Shown here piece after piece: positions 24,548 to 37,780 of a DNA stretch of 64,000 nt. A program made the translations under genes and the position numbers. The stretch comes from Octopus bimaculoides (lineage: Eukaryota), in contig NC_068981.1 of the NCBI RefSeq assembly GCF_001194135.2, forward strand, positions 160,949,125 through 161,013,124, given 5' to 3'. Each line of letters opens with the position of its first letter. Positions within the stretch are counted from its first letter, which is position 1. The notes beneath the pieces are model-generated. The model was not told the origin of the DNA, ran no database searches, and saw nothing but the letters and a program-made list of their open reading frames with translations.

Positions 24548-26050
24548 TTAATACTGCCCTTGTTATATTTGTTAACTCTACCTTATCCATCTGTCTCTCT
24601 GTCAATCTATCTATCTCACCACATCAATAATCCTAATTAGCTCTTTAATGCTCTTTTGCATTAAATGCATTACTTGTCTGTCTGTTTATCTATTTATATC
24701 TCTATCTCACAGTGTAGTTATTTCCTGTTAAAGCTGTAATGTTTTCTATATTTAAATATGTTAATATAAACTTATCCATCTGTCTACTTCTTTGTCTTGT
24801 AGCATAATTATTTCCAGTTAGTTCTTCTCCCTTTAAATATGTTAATACTAACTTATCTGTCTGTCTCTCTTTCTATTTATCTACCTCTCTGCCTCATCAT
24901 ATAATTATTTCTATTAGCTTTAGAATTTTCTTTTAGTAAACATGTTAATACTATCTTATCTATTTCTATCTGTTTCACCTTGTAATTATTTCTTAATCTG
25001 AACACAAACTTATTTATTGGTAATAAACTGGTATCCTATCCTAGAGGAGACTTGTCTTTTGTCTTCTTAACACAATGGAAAGCAAATATTTGTATTGCCC
25101 CAATAGACTGTTGACGTTCCATGCAAAGACATCAGAATATTCATAATTGTTATATTATCACAGGTCACTTCAAGTGTGTAGACTTCTAATCAATGGAATT
25201 GGAGCCATGGTCATCCTATCCTTTTTTCTAAACATATTATTAACCAATGTGATTTTTTTCTTAGGATGTGGTTAGAATGCCCCAGGAAAGGATTGCTAGG
25301 CAGATTTTTTAAAGCTGATCTAATTGGCAAGAGACTGAGATGGTTGAATAATATTCATAGTCTCAGTTGGAATCTAGCAGGAAAAGTTAATGATAGTTGT
25401 TTCTGATAGGACCCTATAGAGGGGGTGCCTAAGGATTCCATCACAAAACACTCCCAGGAGTAAGTGGGCAGTGAAAAGTGATGGATGGAAAGATGGCAAT
25501 GTGGTTTGAAGGATATTTCGCTGCTACTACTAGCAGATTGAATGACTGTTCATAGAATACCACTGTTGGTTACCATGCTTAGCTAAATACATTACAATTG
25601 TTAGTTTCATCTCTCTAGATTTTGATTTCAAATTTCACTATAGTTGACTCTACTCTCTTTTCTCTGTAGTTATTAAAATAACTAGCTGGTCTTGTTGTGT
25701 AGGTCTGTGTCAGCTCCGATCAAGCAAACCTTTTGATTGAATGCAAGTCATTTATGACTCTTTCACTTGTTTCAGAGACACCTGGAATTATATTATCCAT
25801 TGTGTCCTTCCCTGTATAAGAAAGTAGCACGTAATTTGGGGAACATTTGGTTGCCATTTCTTGCTGGTTGAGTACTTATGTAGAGTTTTTTTCTAGGTAT
25901 CAGTTATGTATTGAGGTTGATTCAATTGACTGGATATCTCTACTTGAAATTTCTAATCTTGTTCCAATTTTAGAATTTGTTGATGTTGCTGCTGTTGTAC
26001 TTAAATAAGAAGCAAATATTAAAATGTATTTTTCCCATTTCCAATTTCAG

Positions 26051-26201
26051 ATATTATACCCATTCTCACCACCACTGTAATTCAGTGCCATCGAGCTGGA
26101 TTACGTAATTCCTCCTTTAGTTATGCTGCTATGCTGCTCAGAGATGAATACCAAAGAGATATTGATCCAAAATTGAAGAAGAAAATTGAAGGGATTGTAC
26201 G
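26051..26201 (+). CDS. WDR19: WDR19 exon ([50 protein letters not shown])
   Basis: tttcag acceptor, CG|gtaag donor; 151 nt. Confidence 0.97.
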
Positions 26202-26461
26202 GTAAGGAACTGAGGTTTCTTTGTTTTTGATATTTACTGGTTTCAGACATAGAACTGCAACTATCCCAGGATATCACCTTCAAGGGTTTTTGTCGATTTG
26301 TAACATTTATCTCTGTACTTTTGCCTGGTGCTTATTGTATCCATCTCATAAGGAACAAAAGCAAGTTGATCTTAGCATAAAGAGCAACGACTCAAATGGA
26401 GCATATTTTTGTTTATCCTATTCTTATAAGACTCCTGTGTTTTCTGGAGAAAAGGTTGAAC

Positions 26462-26511
26462 AACTGCAGTTCTGATGATGCCTGTTGAGGCAGAAACACA
26501 TATCAACAGTT
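26462..26511 (+). ncRNA. degenerate type I hammerhead ribozyme motif
   Basis: gtt-CTGATGA-TGCCT-gttg-AGGCA-GAAAC-acat-ATC-aac: core and 5-bp stem II intact; stem III has mismatches (ACACATAT rather than palindromic ACACGTGT). Confidence 0.55.
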
Positions 26512-28620
26512 ATCTTCTTACTCAAAGTAACTGGATTATCTTTTCCTTAATGGCATATCGGTTTTGGAGAATGTTTGATTCTTGAGATTATCTTCCCTTG
26601 TATGAAGTTGGTCACAATTGCAATCAGACCAGTGGAAAAGATATCAGCAAGAAAGGAATTTCAGAAGCTTGGCATTCTGGGGAAGAAGGGCTGAGTGTAT
26701 TGGTTAACACAAGGTCTTGGGGCAGGGGTAGGTGCAAGGAGGGAAATGAAAGAAGGAAGGTCAAGTAGAGACAGGAATGTCTGATTGAAGGTAACAGGAT
26801 ATCTAGCAGCTCTGAAGAGCAGAGGTCATTATAGTTTCTCTTGGAAAGGCAGACAGAGAGAGAGAGGAGACAGCATACCTATGGATCAGAGGGTGGTTTT
26901 ATCACTGATTTTATGTTAACCAGTTGGGTAGGGTTTTCCTGAATGCAGTCTAGGATGTTTTTAGGTACAGCAATAGCACCACCCAGATGTACTCCATTGT
27001 GAGCCTTACTTGAGCTTTGTGGTTAAAGCTATTGTTTAGCCATAGATCAACACTGATTAAATAGGCTAAAGGTGTTGCTGCTATGACCATCCCATCATTT
27101 TTTGCCAAACATATCTAGCTCTACATTATCTAGTAGGTTCTTTCCAGACATAGTGTATCTAGAACTATATTCTCCAGTGTATACTTCCTTTTTTTTTGAT
27201 GGCTTGATGTGATTTGAGGGGGATATGGCTGCTATTTCTAGCTGGTTGAGCAGCTACGTAATGCTTGTTTCCTTTGTTGACTTAGTTGACTTCTCAATAT
27301 CTGCTGTCTTGTGTTTTGCCTGGATTGCTGTTACAAGCCTTTCACTGTCCCAGGTGACATGTGATACTGGTGTAGACTGCTGATTTTTGATGTAGGTTGA
27401 GTAATACTTATTCAACCAACATCAAAGCCAACAATAACAGTTTAATTTAATTCATGTGAAATATTTTGTTGGTAATTTAATTACACTAAGTTAACTTTTT
27501 TAACCTTAGCACATCCTAAATGTATATCTGTTACACATTCCTACAAATCACACATGCATGCAAACATACATACATACATGCATACATACATACGTACGTA
27601 CATACATACATACATACACATACACACACACACACGCACACGCACACACACACACATTTATTTATATATAACATTTACATATATGCACGCATGGTCGTGG
27701 CTGTGTGATAAGAAGCTTGCTTCCCAATCATATGGTTCCAGGTTCAGTCCCACTGCGTGGCACCTTGAGCAAGTGTCTTTTACTGTAGCCTCAGGCTGAC
27801 CAAAGCTGTGTGAGTGGATTTGGTAGATAGAAACTGAAAAAAACCTGTCATGTTATATATATATATATATATTTGTGTGTTTGTCTGTGTTTGTCCCCCA
27901 ACAATTGGTTGACAACCGATGCTGTGTGCTTATGTCCCCGTAACTTAGCGGTTTGGCAAAAGAGACTGCTAGAATAAGTACTAGGCTTACAAAGAGTAAG
28001 TCCTGGGGTTCAGTTCTTCGACTAAAAAAAGAAACCTTTAGGGTGGTGCACCAGCATGGCCACAATCAAATGACTGAAATAAATAAAAGAATAAAAGAAT
28101 ATACACATGAATTCAGACATTATTTCACAAATATGTACATCTGTACTCATGTATTTTTTTTTTTTTTTTGAGCAAAGTGTTAACACAGATAATTCAAATG
28201 CAGATTGTTTAACATTTTGTCATAAACAATTTAAATTATTACTGTTTGACTGGAATTCATAATTATTTGAGTGTTGCAAAATCTTCTGATGGAATCTTCT
28301 TTTCAATATTCAGTTTAAATTAAATTAGTTATGATGTGATCAGACATGATTTCATTTGAGGCAATTTAGTATAAATGACAGACAGAAAATAATAGCGAGA
28401 TGAAAGATGGTTGTTTTAAATGAGCTATTTCAGTTCTGGTTTGGAAGAGGTAGATTGATTATAAGGTTAATATGCTAAATTATTGACTGTATGCTAATAA
28501 GTACAAATCTAGCCATAAATTTGGGAATACTTAGTATCAATGAGAATACTGGTTACAGTTAAAATCAATAGGCTATACATAAAATGTTTTTTTTTTAGTA
28601 TTTATATATGTCCTTCTAGT

Positions 28621-29003
28621 AGAGGTGCAATGGCCCAGTGGTTAGGGCAGCGGACTCACGGTCATAGGATCGCGGTTTTGATTCCCAGACCGGGCGTTGT
28701 GAGTGTTTATTGAGCGAAAACACCTAAAGCTCCACGAGGCTCCGGCAGGGGATGGTGGCGAACCCTGCTGTACTCTTTCACCACTACTTTCTCCCACTCT
28801 TACTTCCTGTTTCTGTTGTGCCTGTAATTCAAAGGGTCAGCCTTGTCACACCATGTCACGCTGAATATCCCCGAGAACTACATTAAGGGTACACGTGTCT
28901 GTGGAGTGCTCAGCCACTTGCATGTTAATTTCACGAGCAGGCTGTTCCGTTGATTGGATCAACTGGAACCCTGAATGTCGTAAGCGATGGAGTGCCAAGA
29001 AAA
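28621..29003 (+). mobile_element. tRNA-derived SINE (octopus OR-type), near full length
   Basis: A box TGGCCCAGTGG, B box GGTTTTGATTCC; almost identical copy at 60666-61052. Confidence 0.85.
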
Positions 29004-30263
29004 AATAAGTCCTTCTATTTGGTGAAATTAACTTTGTCATTCATCATTCTGAAGATGGTTCATGGCAAATGAGAGTAAGAGAGGGAAGTAGGTTGAGTTG
29101 GTGGGACTATTCCAAAGTAATGGGTGGCAAGCAAGATGTGATCCTTTGAGGTGGGATGCAGAGGGTTTGCAGGCCAGTCCCTCTGCAGAGTTTCCGGTAT
29201 GTTTGTCATCACAGGCCATCAGGTTGGCTGTGAAAGCAGCAGAGTTGTTGCCTCAACGTGGTTGTGGATCATGAGGCGTGATCTCTAGAAGGAGCAGTGC
29301 TAACAAGGGTAGTGCTAACTGGACACAAGCTAGGGCTTGATCAATTCTGGCTGAGTCACCTGTGTGAAGGTATCTGATGTTGAACAACCCAAACACCTAA
29401 TGACCCCAGAAAATATTACTGATGGTATGTTCGGGTGCCTCACAAGAGCATGTATGGATAAACTATGTCCTTTTATGTAGTGAAATCAATTTTTTCATTC
29501 ATTGTTCCAAAGAGAGTTGATTAAAATATAGTTCAAGTACTAGAGTCAGTTAAGTCACCTATACACTTCTCTTTTTTTTTTTAAGATGGCAGGTGTGAAT
29601 TTAAGGGAGATTTGACTGTTATTTCATTATTTCAAGTCTATTTTGATATCTTCAGAGTGCTAGGTGGTGACTAAGAAAAGATAAATTTAATTACTTGGGA
29701 GTTATTCTAGGAGATTGGCAACCAGCAGCTAAATCTTCAAATCAAACCCTATCATTATTATCATTTTAATATCCACTTTTCCATGCTTGCATGGGTTGAA
29801 CGAAGTCTACTGAGGTAGATTTTCTATGGTCAGATGCCCTTCCTGTTACCAACCTTTATCTGTATCCAAGCCAGGTAATATTTCCCTCTGGTTAGACATA
29901 TTCTCACAGGATATTGGTAAGGAACAATGCTTGTATGACATTAATACTCATTTACAATATTGATTTCAAATTTTGGCACAAGGCCAGCAATTTCAGGGTA
30001 GGGGGGCTAAGTCGATGACATCACTCCTAATAATCAACTGGTACTTATTGTATCAACCCCAAAAAGATGAAAGGCAAAAATTTGACCTTGGCAGAATTTG
30101 AACTCAGAATGTGAAGACAGATGAAATGCTACTAAGCATCTTGCCCAGCATGCTAACATTTCTGCCAGCTTGCCAACTTCACTCATTTATAATATTAGTA
30201 TAGTTCCAATGATAAACTAGTTCCAATGACAAACAAAGTCAAGTGAAAGTAAATATTCTAAAA

Positions 30264-32403
30264 CAAAGGTCCTCAACCCATTTTGGCCAAAGGCCCCCTT
30301 TTGACCCTTGGAGTCACAAATGCCCCTCCCCACCACAAGATATTTTTTTATTTTTCAATATACTACTTATTTTGTTATCAGCAGATAATAATTAAAAAAT
30401 AAAGGATGTCCTTTTACATATGCGCTTGTATGCAGTCGGGAGTACAGATGTACAAATTGAAATGCAAAAAAATTGAAATAATGGATTGAAAGTTTGGTAA
30501 TTGTGTTTATTTCCACCATGCAATACTTATGAAATCATGTTGTCTATTGAAAGAGTGTTCTTTGGTACAAGTAAATGCTGATGAAATCATTTCAAACCTT
30601 TCCAATTTCCCTTATCAAAACAGCTAGAACTTGTGCAACAATCTGATATATAAGTTATTGTCACCTGGGAAGAGGATTTTTTATGCTCAAGAAAGAGAGT
30701 GTATTTGATAGGAATTGTTGAAATGCATATGAAATTCATATGAGTAGCAAATTGTGGAGGATGGTATTCAGTGTATTTGGATCTTGTTAGTTTGAATCTC
30801 AAAATCAGCCCCCTTTTAAAACACTGTAAAAGAATCTGAAAATTTGTCATATTAAACATTCATTTCTTATTGAGGATCTAGTTTGCTTCATTCATAAAAT
30901 CTGCATTTTTTTTAAAAGGAAGAAAAAAATCTGAAAATTGGTTATCTTGATACAGTTTTCCACGCCATGAACTTCTGGAGAATAAATTTGACACAGACAA
31001 AATTTTTTTTTTTTAATTCATGGTTTTAAAATACAGATAGTCCGAATCTACCATTCGTTTCTCTTTATAATTTGCAAATAATTTTTTTAAATACTTCAAA
31101 ATCAAAATTGCGTGGAATTTTTTTTTGTTGCATAATCCTATCAATTCCATTATGCAGAAGACAGAATCGAAAAAATTTTGTAAAAATTCGTAAAAATACG
31201 GAAGTTATGAGGGGTTTTAGCACATGCTTACATCACAATTCTGCCCATTCATATATATGTGTGTGTGTGTTTGCTAGTGTCTGTTTTTCTTTTAGTTTTT
31301 GTTTACTTATACACATCAACAAATGAGCCAATGAGGTACTCTCTGTATGGTTGTTCAATTTGCTAGAAATAACAGCCAAATATCCCTCATACTATGCTCT
31401 TGTTAGTATTAAGGAAATGGAGAATGTTTACTCCCCTCCATCATTAAGATTAAAATTAATATTTGTGATTTTGTTCAGTTCTATGAATTTAATTTTTTTT
31501 AAATGCTTTTATCCATTGCTTGATATAAGAAATTAGAAAATCCTGACCAAAACAGAGAAATTCTAACTTAACAAAAAATATAGAAAGAAAAAGAAAAGGT
31601 TCTGTTTTCCAAAGCCAAAAGATGTGTTTTTAGCTGGGGTGTAATTTTATAATTAAAACAAATTCAAAATATAAATTTCAGAACATAAGACTTACCATGT
31701 TATCTGGTGTATAGCTGCAGTTCAATGGGTACAAAACCTAAAACAAATGTGTGTGTATGTATGTGTAGTTGAGTCTTTAATAGCCAGAGGTCAATTTAAG
31801 TTCAATCGCAGAAAGGAATTCAAAATGGCAACACATGCAATCATATACATACAAACATACCCATACATACACACACATACACAAATACATACCTATCAGC
31901 CACTCCCAAAAGCCAGTTTGATCCAAAATTCTGACTACCAGTCTTTATATATTTGTACACACACACACACATGCACGCACACATGCATGCACGCATGCAT
32001 GCACGCACACACACACACATTTAGCTTTCCATTTTTATTCATTACTTTTTTCTTTTAATCATCTGTCACTATTCATCTGTTTTTAGTTTTTGTTTTGAGG
32101 GTTTCACTTTAGTGACACCAGTTACACATGATATCAGGAATTTGCTTGGTGTCATCAAAGTGGAAAAAGTGTTTAATTTTTGGAAAATTTGAAACAAAAC
32201 AGCATGGTTTTTTTTAAAAACTGACTGTCGCAGAGATGTGAAACTACCGCTACTACTCGTTAATTTCAAATTAAGCTTACCAAAGACAAGGGGCTTCCAG
32301 CGCCCCTCTAGCGCCCCCAAGTCTCTTAATGCCCCCTAGTGCCCCTTTGCTTCAAAAATCTGCCCCCTCTCGAGTTCTAAATGGCCCCTGTTGAGAACCT
32401 TTG
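30264..32403. mobile_element. non-autonomous hAT-type (Charlie/Buster-like) element
   Basis: TIRs CAAAGGTCCTCAAC / GTTGAGAACCTTTG (13 of 14 match); perfect 8-bp TSD TTCTAAAA at 30256-30263 and 32404-32411 with central TA; no intact transposase ORF seen. Confidence 0.85.
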
Positions 32404-33512
32404 TTCTAAAACATTTAGTTCCATGTCTACCATTTTGGCTGACATGTTTCTTTTATTATTGTTAAGAATGTTAGAAATGAGACAAAGCTTGTTAGTGATG
32501 ACAATTCAGTGTATGAATGCTTGTTATTGGTGACAGTGTGTTACAATTATAGCCTGATTTCATGCCAGTTTATTGTAATGACAGTTTGTAAATGATGCTA
32601 ATGTTTTATGGTAAAAGCCTTATACGATATCAATCTCTTAAGGTGACACCCTGTTATGATAACAATCTCATGTGATAATAACAATATTGGTGAGGGGAAA
32701 ATACCTCAGGAGAACATTGTGTGTATTAACTAAAAAAAATATAGCAAGGTTTTACATATGTCATGTAATGAGTTGAAAATTTTTAATTAACTTGGAAAAT
32801 ATAGAAAATGTAGTTTAGGAGTAGATCATATCTTTGAAGCCATGACTCATATTGAAAGTAACGAATGTGTTTCAGTCTTATTGCATGTCTCTATCCAGCC
32901 AGCAAGATGAAGAGAGATCTACTATAATAATACTTTTGTGTTTTTCTCCGTCACAGTATATGAATGAGAAAGGAAAGGGTGATAGATGAATAAGGAAGGA
33001 AGGGGCAGTGGGCAAACAGATAGTGGGAGTGTTTCAACTCTGTGTGAGTGTATGTGTGTGTATGTAAAAGGGAGGTATGTGAACGTGTGTGTGCGCAATG
33101 GAAGTGGGATGGTGAACATTCAATGCTGAAAAGAAAAATCAGTGTTTCAACTCTGTGTGTGTATGTATGTGCATGTACAAGGGAAGTATGTGAATGTTAG
33201 TGTGAACCAGTGTTCTTTCAGTAGCAAACGATGATCAATGTCACATCTCAAAAGACAACCACTTGATAACATTGACAAATGTATTAAGTTGATTTACCAT
33301 CCATATTTATATATAAATTATGACAATTAGTCGTCACTTTTGACAGTATGGGGTCAGCTAGTGAATGTATCATATAGAAATTGAGGGAAGGTGCTGACAC
33401 TGACAAGGAATATCAACAATATGACTGAGTGAAATTACCTCTGGGTATCATTTATTTAGTTTTAATATTTACTCTTAAATATTTATCAAGTTGTATACTA
33501 TTTTGCTTTTAG

Positions 33513-33636
33513 GAAACGAGACAAATCTGAAGAAGATGAACTCTTAACTCCATGTCCATTTTGTCAGTCATCAATTCCAGAAACTCTTTTAGTATGTCCT
33601 GATTGTAAGATGAACATTCCTTATTGTATAGCTACA
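33513..33636 (+). CDS. WDR19: WDR19 exon (KRDKSEEDELLTPCPFCQSSIPETLLVCPDCKMNIPYCIAT)
   Basis: cttttag acceptor, ACA|gtaag donor; 124 nt; CxxC...CxxC zinc motif. Confidence 0.97.
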
Positions 33637-34845
33637 GTAAGTTATCAGCCATTTTTTTTTGTGTCTGTGTGTGTTTTATTTCTTCTATTGTTTTTTTCAT
33701 GCTAACATGAGGTTGTGGAATTGTTGAGATTTAGATATGTTTTATCCTTGTAGAAGACTGTAATGATGTTGCTGTAGAGAACATGGAAAACTGTTGATAT
33801 TGTTGTAGCAAACATGGAGCATTATGTTGATAGTGTTGTAGAGAACATGGAGGACCAAGGAGCTGTTAGAGTTGTTAACTAGCCCCAGTCCCATGATGAG
33901 AAAACATTCCATCTAAGATCATTTCATCTTTTATTTAGGCAAAATGTATCAAGAACTATATTAGTTAATATATTATTTTTTTTTCTAAGATGGTTGTGTA
34001 TAATTTGAAGGATATTTAACTGCTTTTTCTAGCAGTTTGAGCAATCACATTGAAGCTCCTTCAATGGCTAGTTACTATTGGAGGAAATGAATACTGTAAA
34101 GAACCTCCTCCTCTTTATTTTTGTTGACATTTCTCTTTACTACTGACCTCAGCACTCAATGCATTTAATTTTAACCTACCATCACTAACACCCATCAATG
34201 GATAGAACCATCAAATGAAATCTGATTTCCAGCACTTCTGATGCCATGGAAGCATGCATTCAGTACACTCTGTAAAGTGGTTGGAAGGGCATCCTGATGT
34301 AGAAGTCATGCCAAAGCAGACATTGGAACTTGGTGCAGCCCTTTGGCTCATCAGTTTGTGTCAAACCATCTAACCGATACCAGCATGGAGAACAAATGTT
34401 GAATGGTATTGATGATGTTTTCCTTCCAATTATTAACATTGACTGCAAAAATAATCTAAACATTAACTGCAGTCGCAAGGAACTCTTGATGTTTATTCAG
34501 TCTGTTTAGTCTTTGAGGGCGTAAAAGAATAGTTGAAAACTGATAAAGGGTATTCTCCCTCTTCCTAAGACAAATATTAGAAAAATAAGTAAATAAAAAT
34601 AAAACATTATTTGCACCACAACACTAACCAGGTAATGTGAAAGAGTTTTGGCTTTGTGTTGTAGAATGGTTAAAAAAAGATTAAAGAATCATTTTTCCCT
34701 TTCAGTTAGGCTATGAAAAATTTAGGTTTGAGAAAATACGGCAGTTTTTGGTTGTTTTTGATCTCTTGCTATGTTGGGGGAATAAATTATATTATACTAC
34801 TTATTTAATTTTAATTTTTATTTTTTGTCTTCTTTCTCTTGTCAG

Positions 34846-34922
34846 GGATGCCATATAACTAAAGAAAATCTCACTGCATGTCCAAAATGTCAGTTCCCAG
34901 CACTTTACTCAGAATATATAAA
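34846..34922 (+). CDS. WDR19: WDR19 exon (GCHITKENLTACPKCQFPALYSEYIK)
   Basis: cttgtcag acceptor, AA|gtaag donor; 77 nt. Confidence 0.96.
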
Positions 34923-35224
34923 GTAAGGAAGAATGATAAATATTCCATTTCTTTTAAACATTTCTTTATTGTTTTAAGCCTTTTAAAGCTTCATGACTTG
35001 GCAGTCAGTTTTTGTTTACATTTTGGTAAGTCAGATGTTGGTGGTTTATGTTTTGGCAATCACATTTCTATATGCTTCTGCCAATGTCTTTATGGTGGCA
35101 GAGTTATGTTTTTTGTTTTTAAATTCTTTAATTTCTCCAATATAGGAGAAATGTAAAATAAGTAGCAAAATAATGTCTAACTAACAAGTAAAACTCCATT
35201 GCTGGAATTTTGATAAAACTGACT

Positions 35225-35520
35225 TAGATTAGGTGCTGAAATTTACAAAAGTCTTGCATAATTTTACTGTTCTGCTTACAGACTGAATTCAGAAGAGGAT
35301 CCAAACACTGTTCAAGCATTTATAAATTGAATATACAGTGCTCCATTAAATTACAGTTATTAAGTTTCGACCTTGGGTTAGATGCTGATATTTATAAAAG
35401 TCTTGCATATTTTTACTGTTCTGCTTATAAATTGAATTTAGTAGAGTATCTAAACACTGTTTAAATATTTATAAATGGAGTACAGTATCTCATTAAATTA
35501 TAGTTACTAAGTTTCAACCT
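35225..35520 (+). repeat. direct tandem duplication of about 148 bp
   Basis: aaaagtcttgcata.ttttactgttctgctta and taagtttc.acct each occur twice, 147-149 bp apart. Confidence 0.85.
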
Positions 35521-36769
35521 TACATTAGGGTATAGAAGCTGTACAATTTGTAGTGAGTGTACATAAATGTTTTACGTTTCTCTGACTTACACAACATTAC
35601 TTGCATATCAGGTCTGTTGCGTGGGTATTTTGTAGAAGTTTTCATTACATTCTTTGAATATAAGCATCTGTGTTTGTGTGTGTACTTGCATCCATTAAGT
35701 GCCAATCCATTAATTCTACCATGTATATGCATGTGCATATGTGGTGAGGGTGTATGTGTTTAAATGTTGTTATTGTTTTAGAGTTTTATGAAAGATATAC
35801 ATTTCCCAAGTTACTTGATGCCCTTCCTAATGCCAACCACTCCGAGAGAGTAATGGGTGCTTTTATGTGCCACTGGCATGGGAGCCAGTCAGGCAGCACT
35901 GGCATCGGCGATGCTCGAATGGTGCTTTTTACATGCCACTAGTACGGGTGCCAGTCAGGTAGCACTGGCATTGGTCAAGCTCAAATGGTGCATTTTACAT
36001 GCCACGCATATGTATATGTACATATGTGTATTGTGTGCCCATGTTCTTCTGTAGATTTGCATTTTCTGAAAACCACAAGCTACATGTGGAGGGGATGTCA
36101 TTTCTCCTGTCAATGAAGCATTCATTGGCTTTTGCAGTAAGAGTAAGGATTCATGATATAAAAAAAGGGCATCTGGCTATAAAACAATGTCTCAATAATA
36201 TATTCATCTAACATATACTAGCCTTGGAAAATAGATGTTAAAAATGAATTAATACCATACTCTTACAGCTATAAAGCACAGTATTACAGTAACATTGCTA
36301 TATAACACTATGTTACAAAAATGTAGCTGTATAACTGTTATTCACATTCAATATACACACTCTATTTCAACATATTGCAGGTGTATACTGTCAAATGTTG
36401 AATACAAATATTAATGCTCACATAATATTCCACACCATACTGCAGTGAACACATTTCATTGTTAACAAATATTTTCTCAATCTGTACATCATCCCACCCA
36501 CTTTCTCTTCTTCCTTTCTTTTTTTTTTTCCTCCACTTTCACTGAATCTTTCTCTTGCTTCCCAAATTGTTGCTATCAGGTTTTAAAGAGATCTTTAAAG
36601 ATCAACAGGAAGTAATTTCTTGAGAATACAATTTACAAATCTGAATTGTTATCTAAATCTTTGTTGTTCAAAAGCTGACTGTTTAATTGTGTTCTGCCAG
36701 GTATTTTCTTGGCAAGATGTCTCATGTATGGCAAAATGAACTGATTATATCACCATTATTGTTATTGTC

Positions 36770-37110
36770 AATCTCATAAATCATCGTTATTATCATCATC
36801 AATGTCATTTCCATTCATTATCACCACTATCGTCATCACTATTGTCATTGTCATTATTATCCTTGTAATTGTCATCATGCAAAACATCACTGCCATCATT
36901 ATTATTGCTATCATATTGCCATCAAAGTCTTCTTCGTAAGCCATATTATTATCAACATTGCCATCATTATTATTGTCATTATTACCCTGGGTATTCTCAT
37001 CAGTTCTACCATTATTAACATCCTCATTATCCCCGTCACTGTCAGCAACGCTATCATTACCATCACCATCGCTGTCATCATTACTATCATCGTCACCATC
37101 TTTGTTTGTT
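36770..37110. repeat. degenerate (ATC/ATT)n trinucleotide tract
   Basis: Low-complexity triplets; produces the D/N-rich and M/I-rich ORFs. Confidence 0.85.
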
Positions 37111-37274
37111 TCTCTATGACAGACAAGTTTATAATGTAGCATCTCTCCTACTGTCTTAAGCTTCCATCATCTGTCCCACTATCATATGTGTCATCTCAGT
37201 TGTCTCAATTTATAGTGTTTTAATTTATCTGTCTAACTAGCAGCACCTGTGGCAACTCCACCACTCATTTTGAG

Positions 37275-37780
37275 AAACCCCGCTTGCGAAGACTTGTTGA
37301 GGCAAGTGAAATCGAACTATATTCGACGACTGGCACCCGTGCCAATGTCGTCTCCTTCGTTGGACACGAAACTCAGCTTGCGAAGACTTATTGGGGCAAG
37401 CGAAAGTGAAATCGGGATAGCGCTTGTGCCCAGCGTCGCCTTTCTGGCACTTGTGCCCGTGACATGTGTAAGGATTTTCGAGCAAGATCGTTGCCAGTGC
37501 CCCTGGACTGGCTCTTGTGCGGGTGGCACATAAAATACACCATTTTGAGTGTGGCCGTTGCCAGTACCGCCTGACTGGCCTTCGTGCCGGTGGCACGTAA
37601 AAGCATCCACTACACTCTCGGAGTGGTTGGCATTAGGAAGAGCATCCAGCTGTAGAAACTCTGCCAAATCAGATTGGAGCCTGGTGTTGCCATCCGGTTT
37701 CACCAGTCCTCAGTCAAATCGTCCAACCCATGCTAGCATGGAAAGCGGAAGTTAAACGATGATGATGATGATGATGATGA
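37275..37780 (+). mobile_element. 5'-truncated RTE LINE 3' UTR, complete to the (GAT)n tail
   Basis: 5' part matches 56415-56653, directly downstream of the RTE stop; ends in the CCATGCTAGCATGG palindrome plus (GAT)n. Shorter copies at 20570-21043 (+), 35810-36005 (-), 41861-42086 (-), 48600-48945 (+), 54584-54847 (+), 11660-12190 (-). Confidence 0.85.

Noticed and set aside
28621-28700. tRNA gene (also at 60666 and other A/B-box heads)
   Set aside because: Each head continues into a long shared SINE body, and no complete cloverleaf with an acceptor stem is evident.
30587-30859. hAT transposase remnant
   Set aside because: Resemblance to hAT dimerisation-domain motifs was too weak to assert without an HMM search.
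36774-37142. D/N-rich 122-aa ORF suggesting an acidic or biomineral protein
   Set aside because: It is a degenerate ATC/ATT repeat, has no splice context and is open in several frames because of low complexity.
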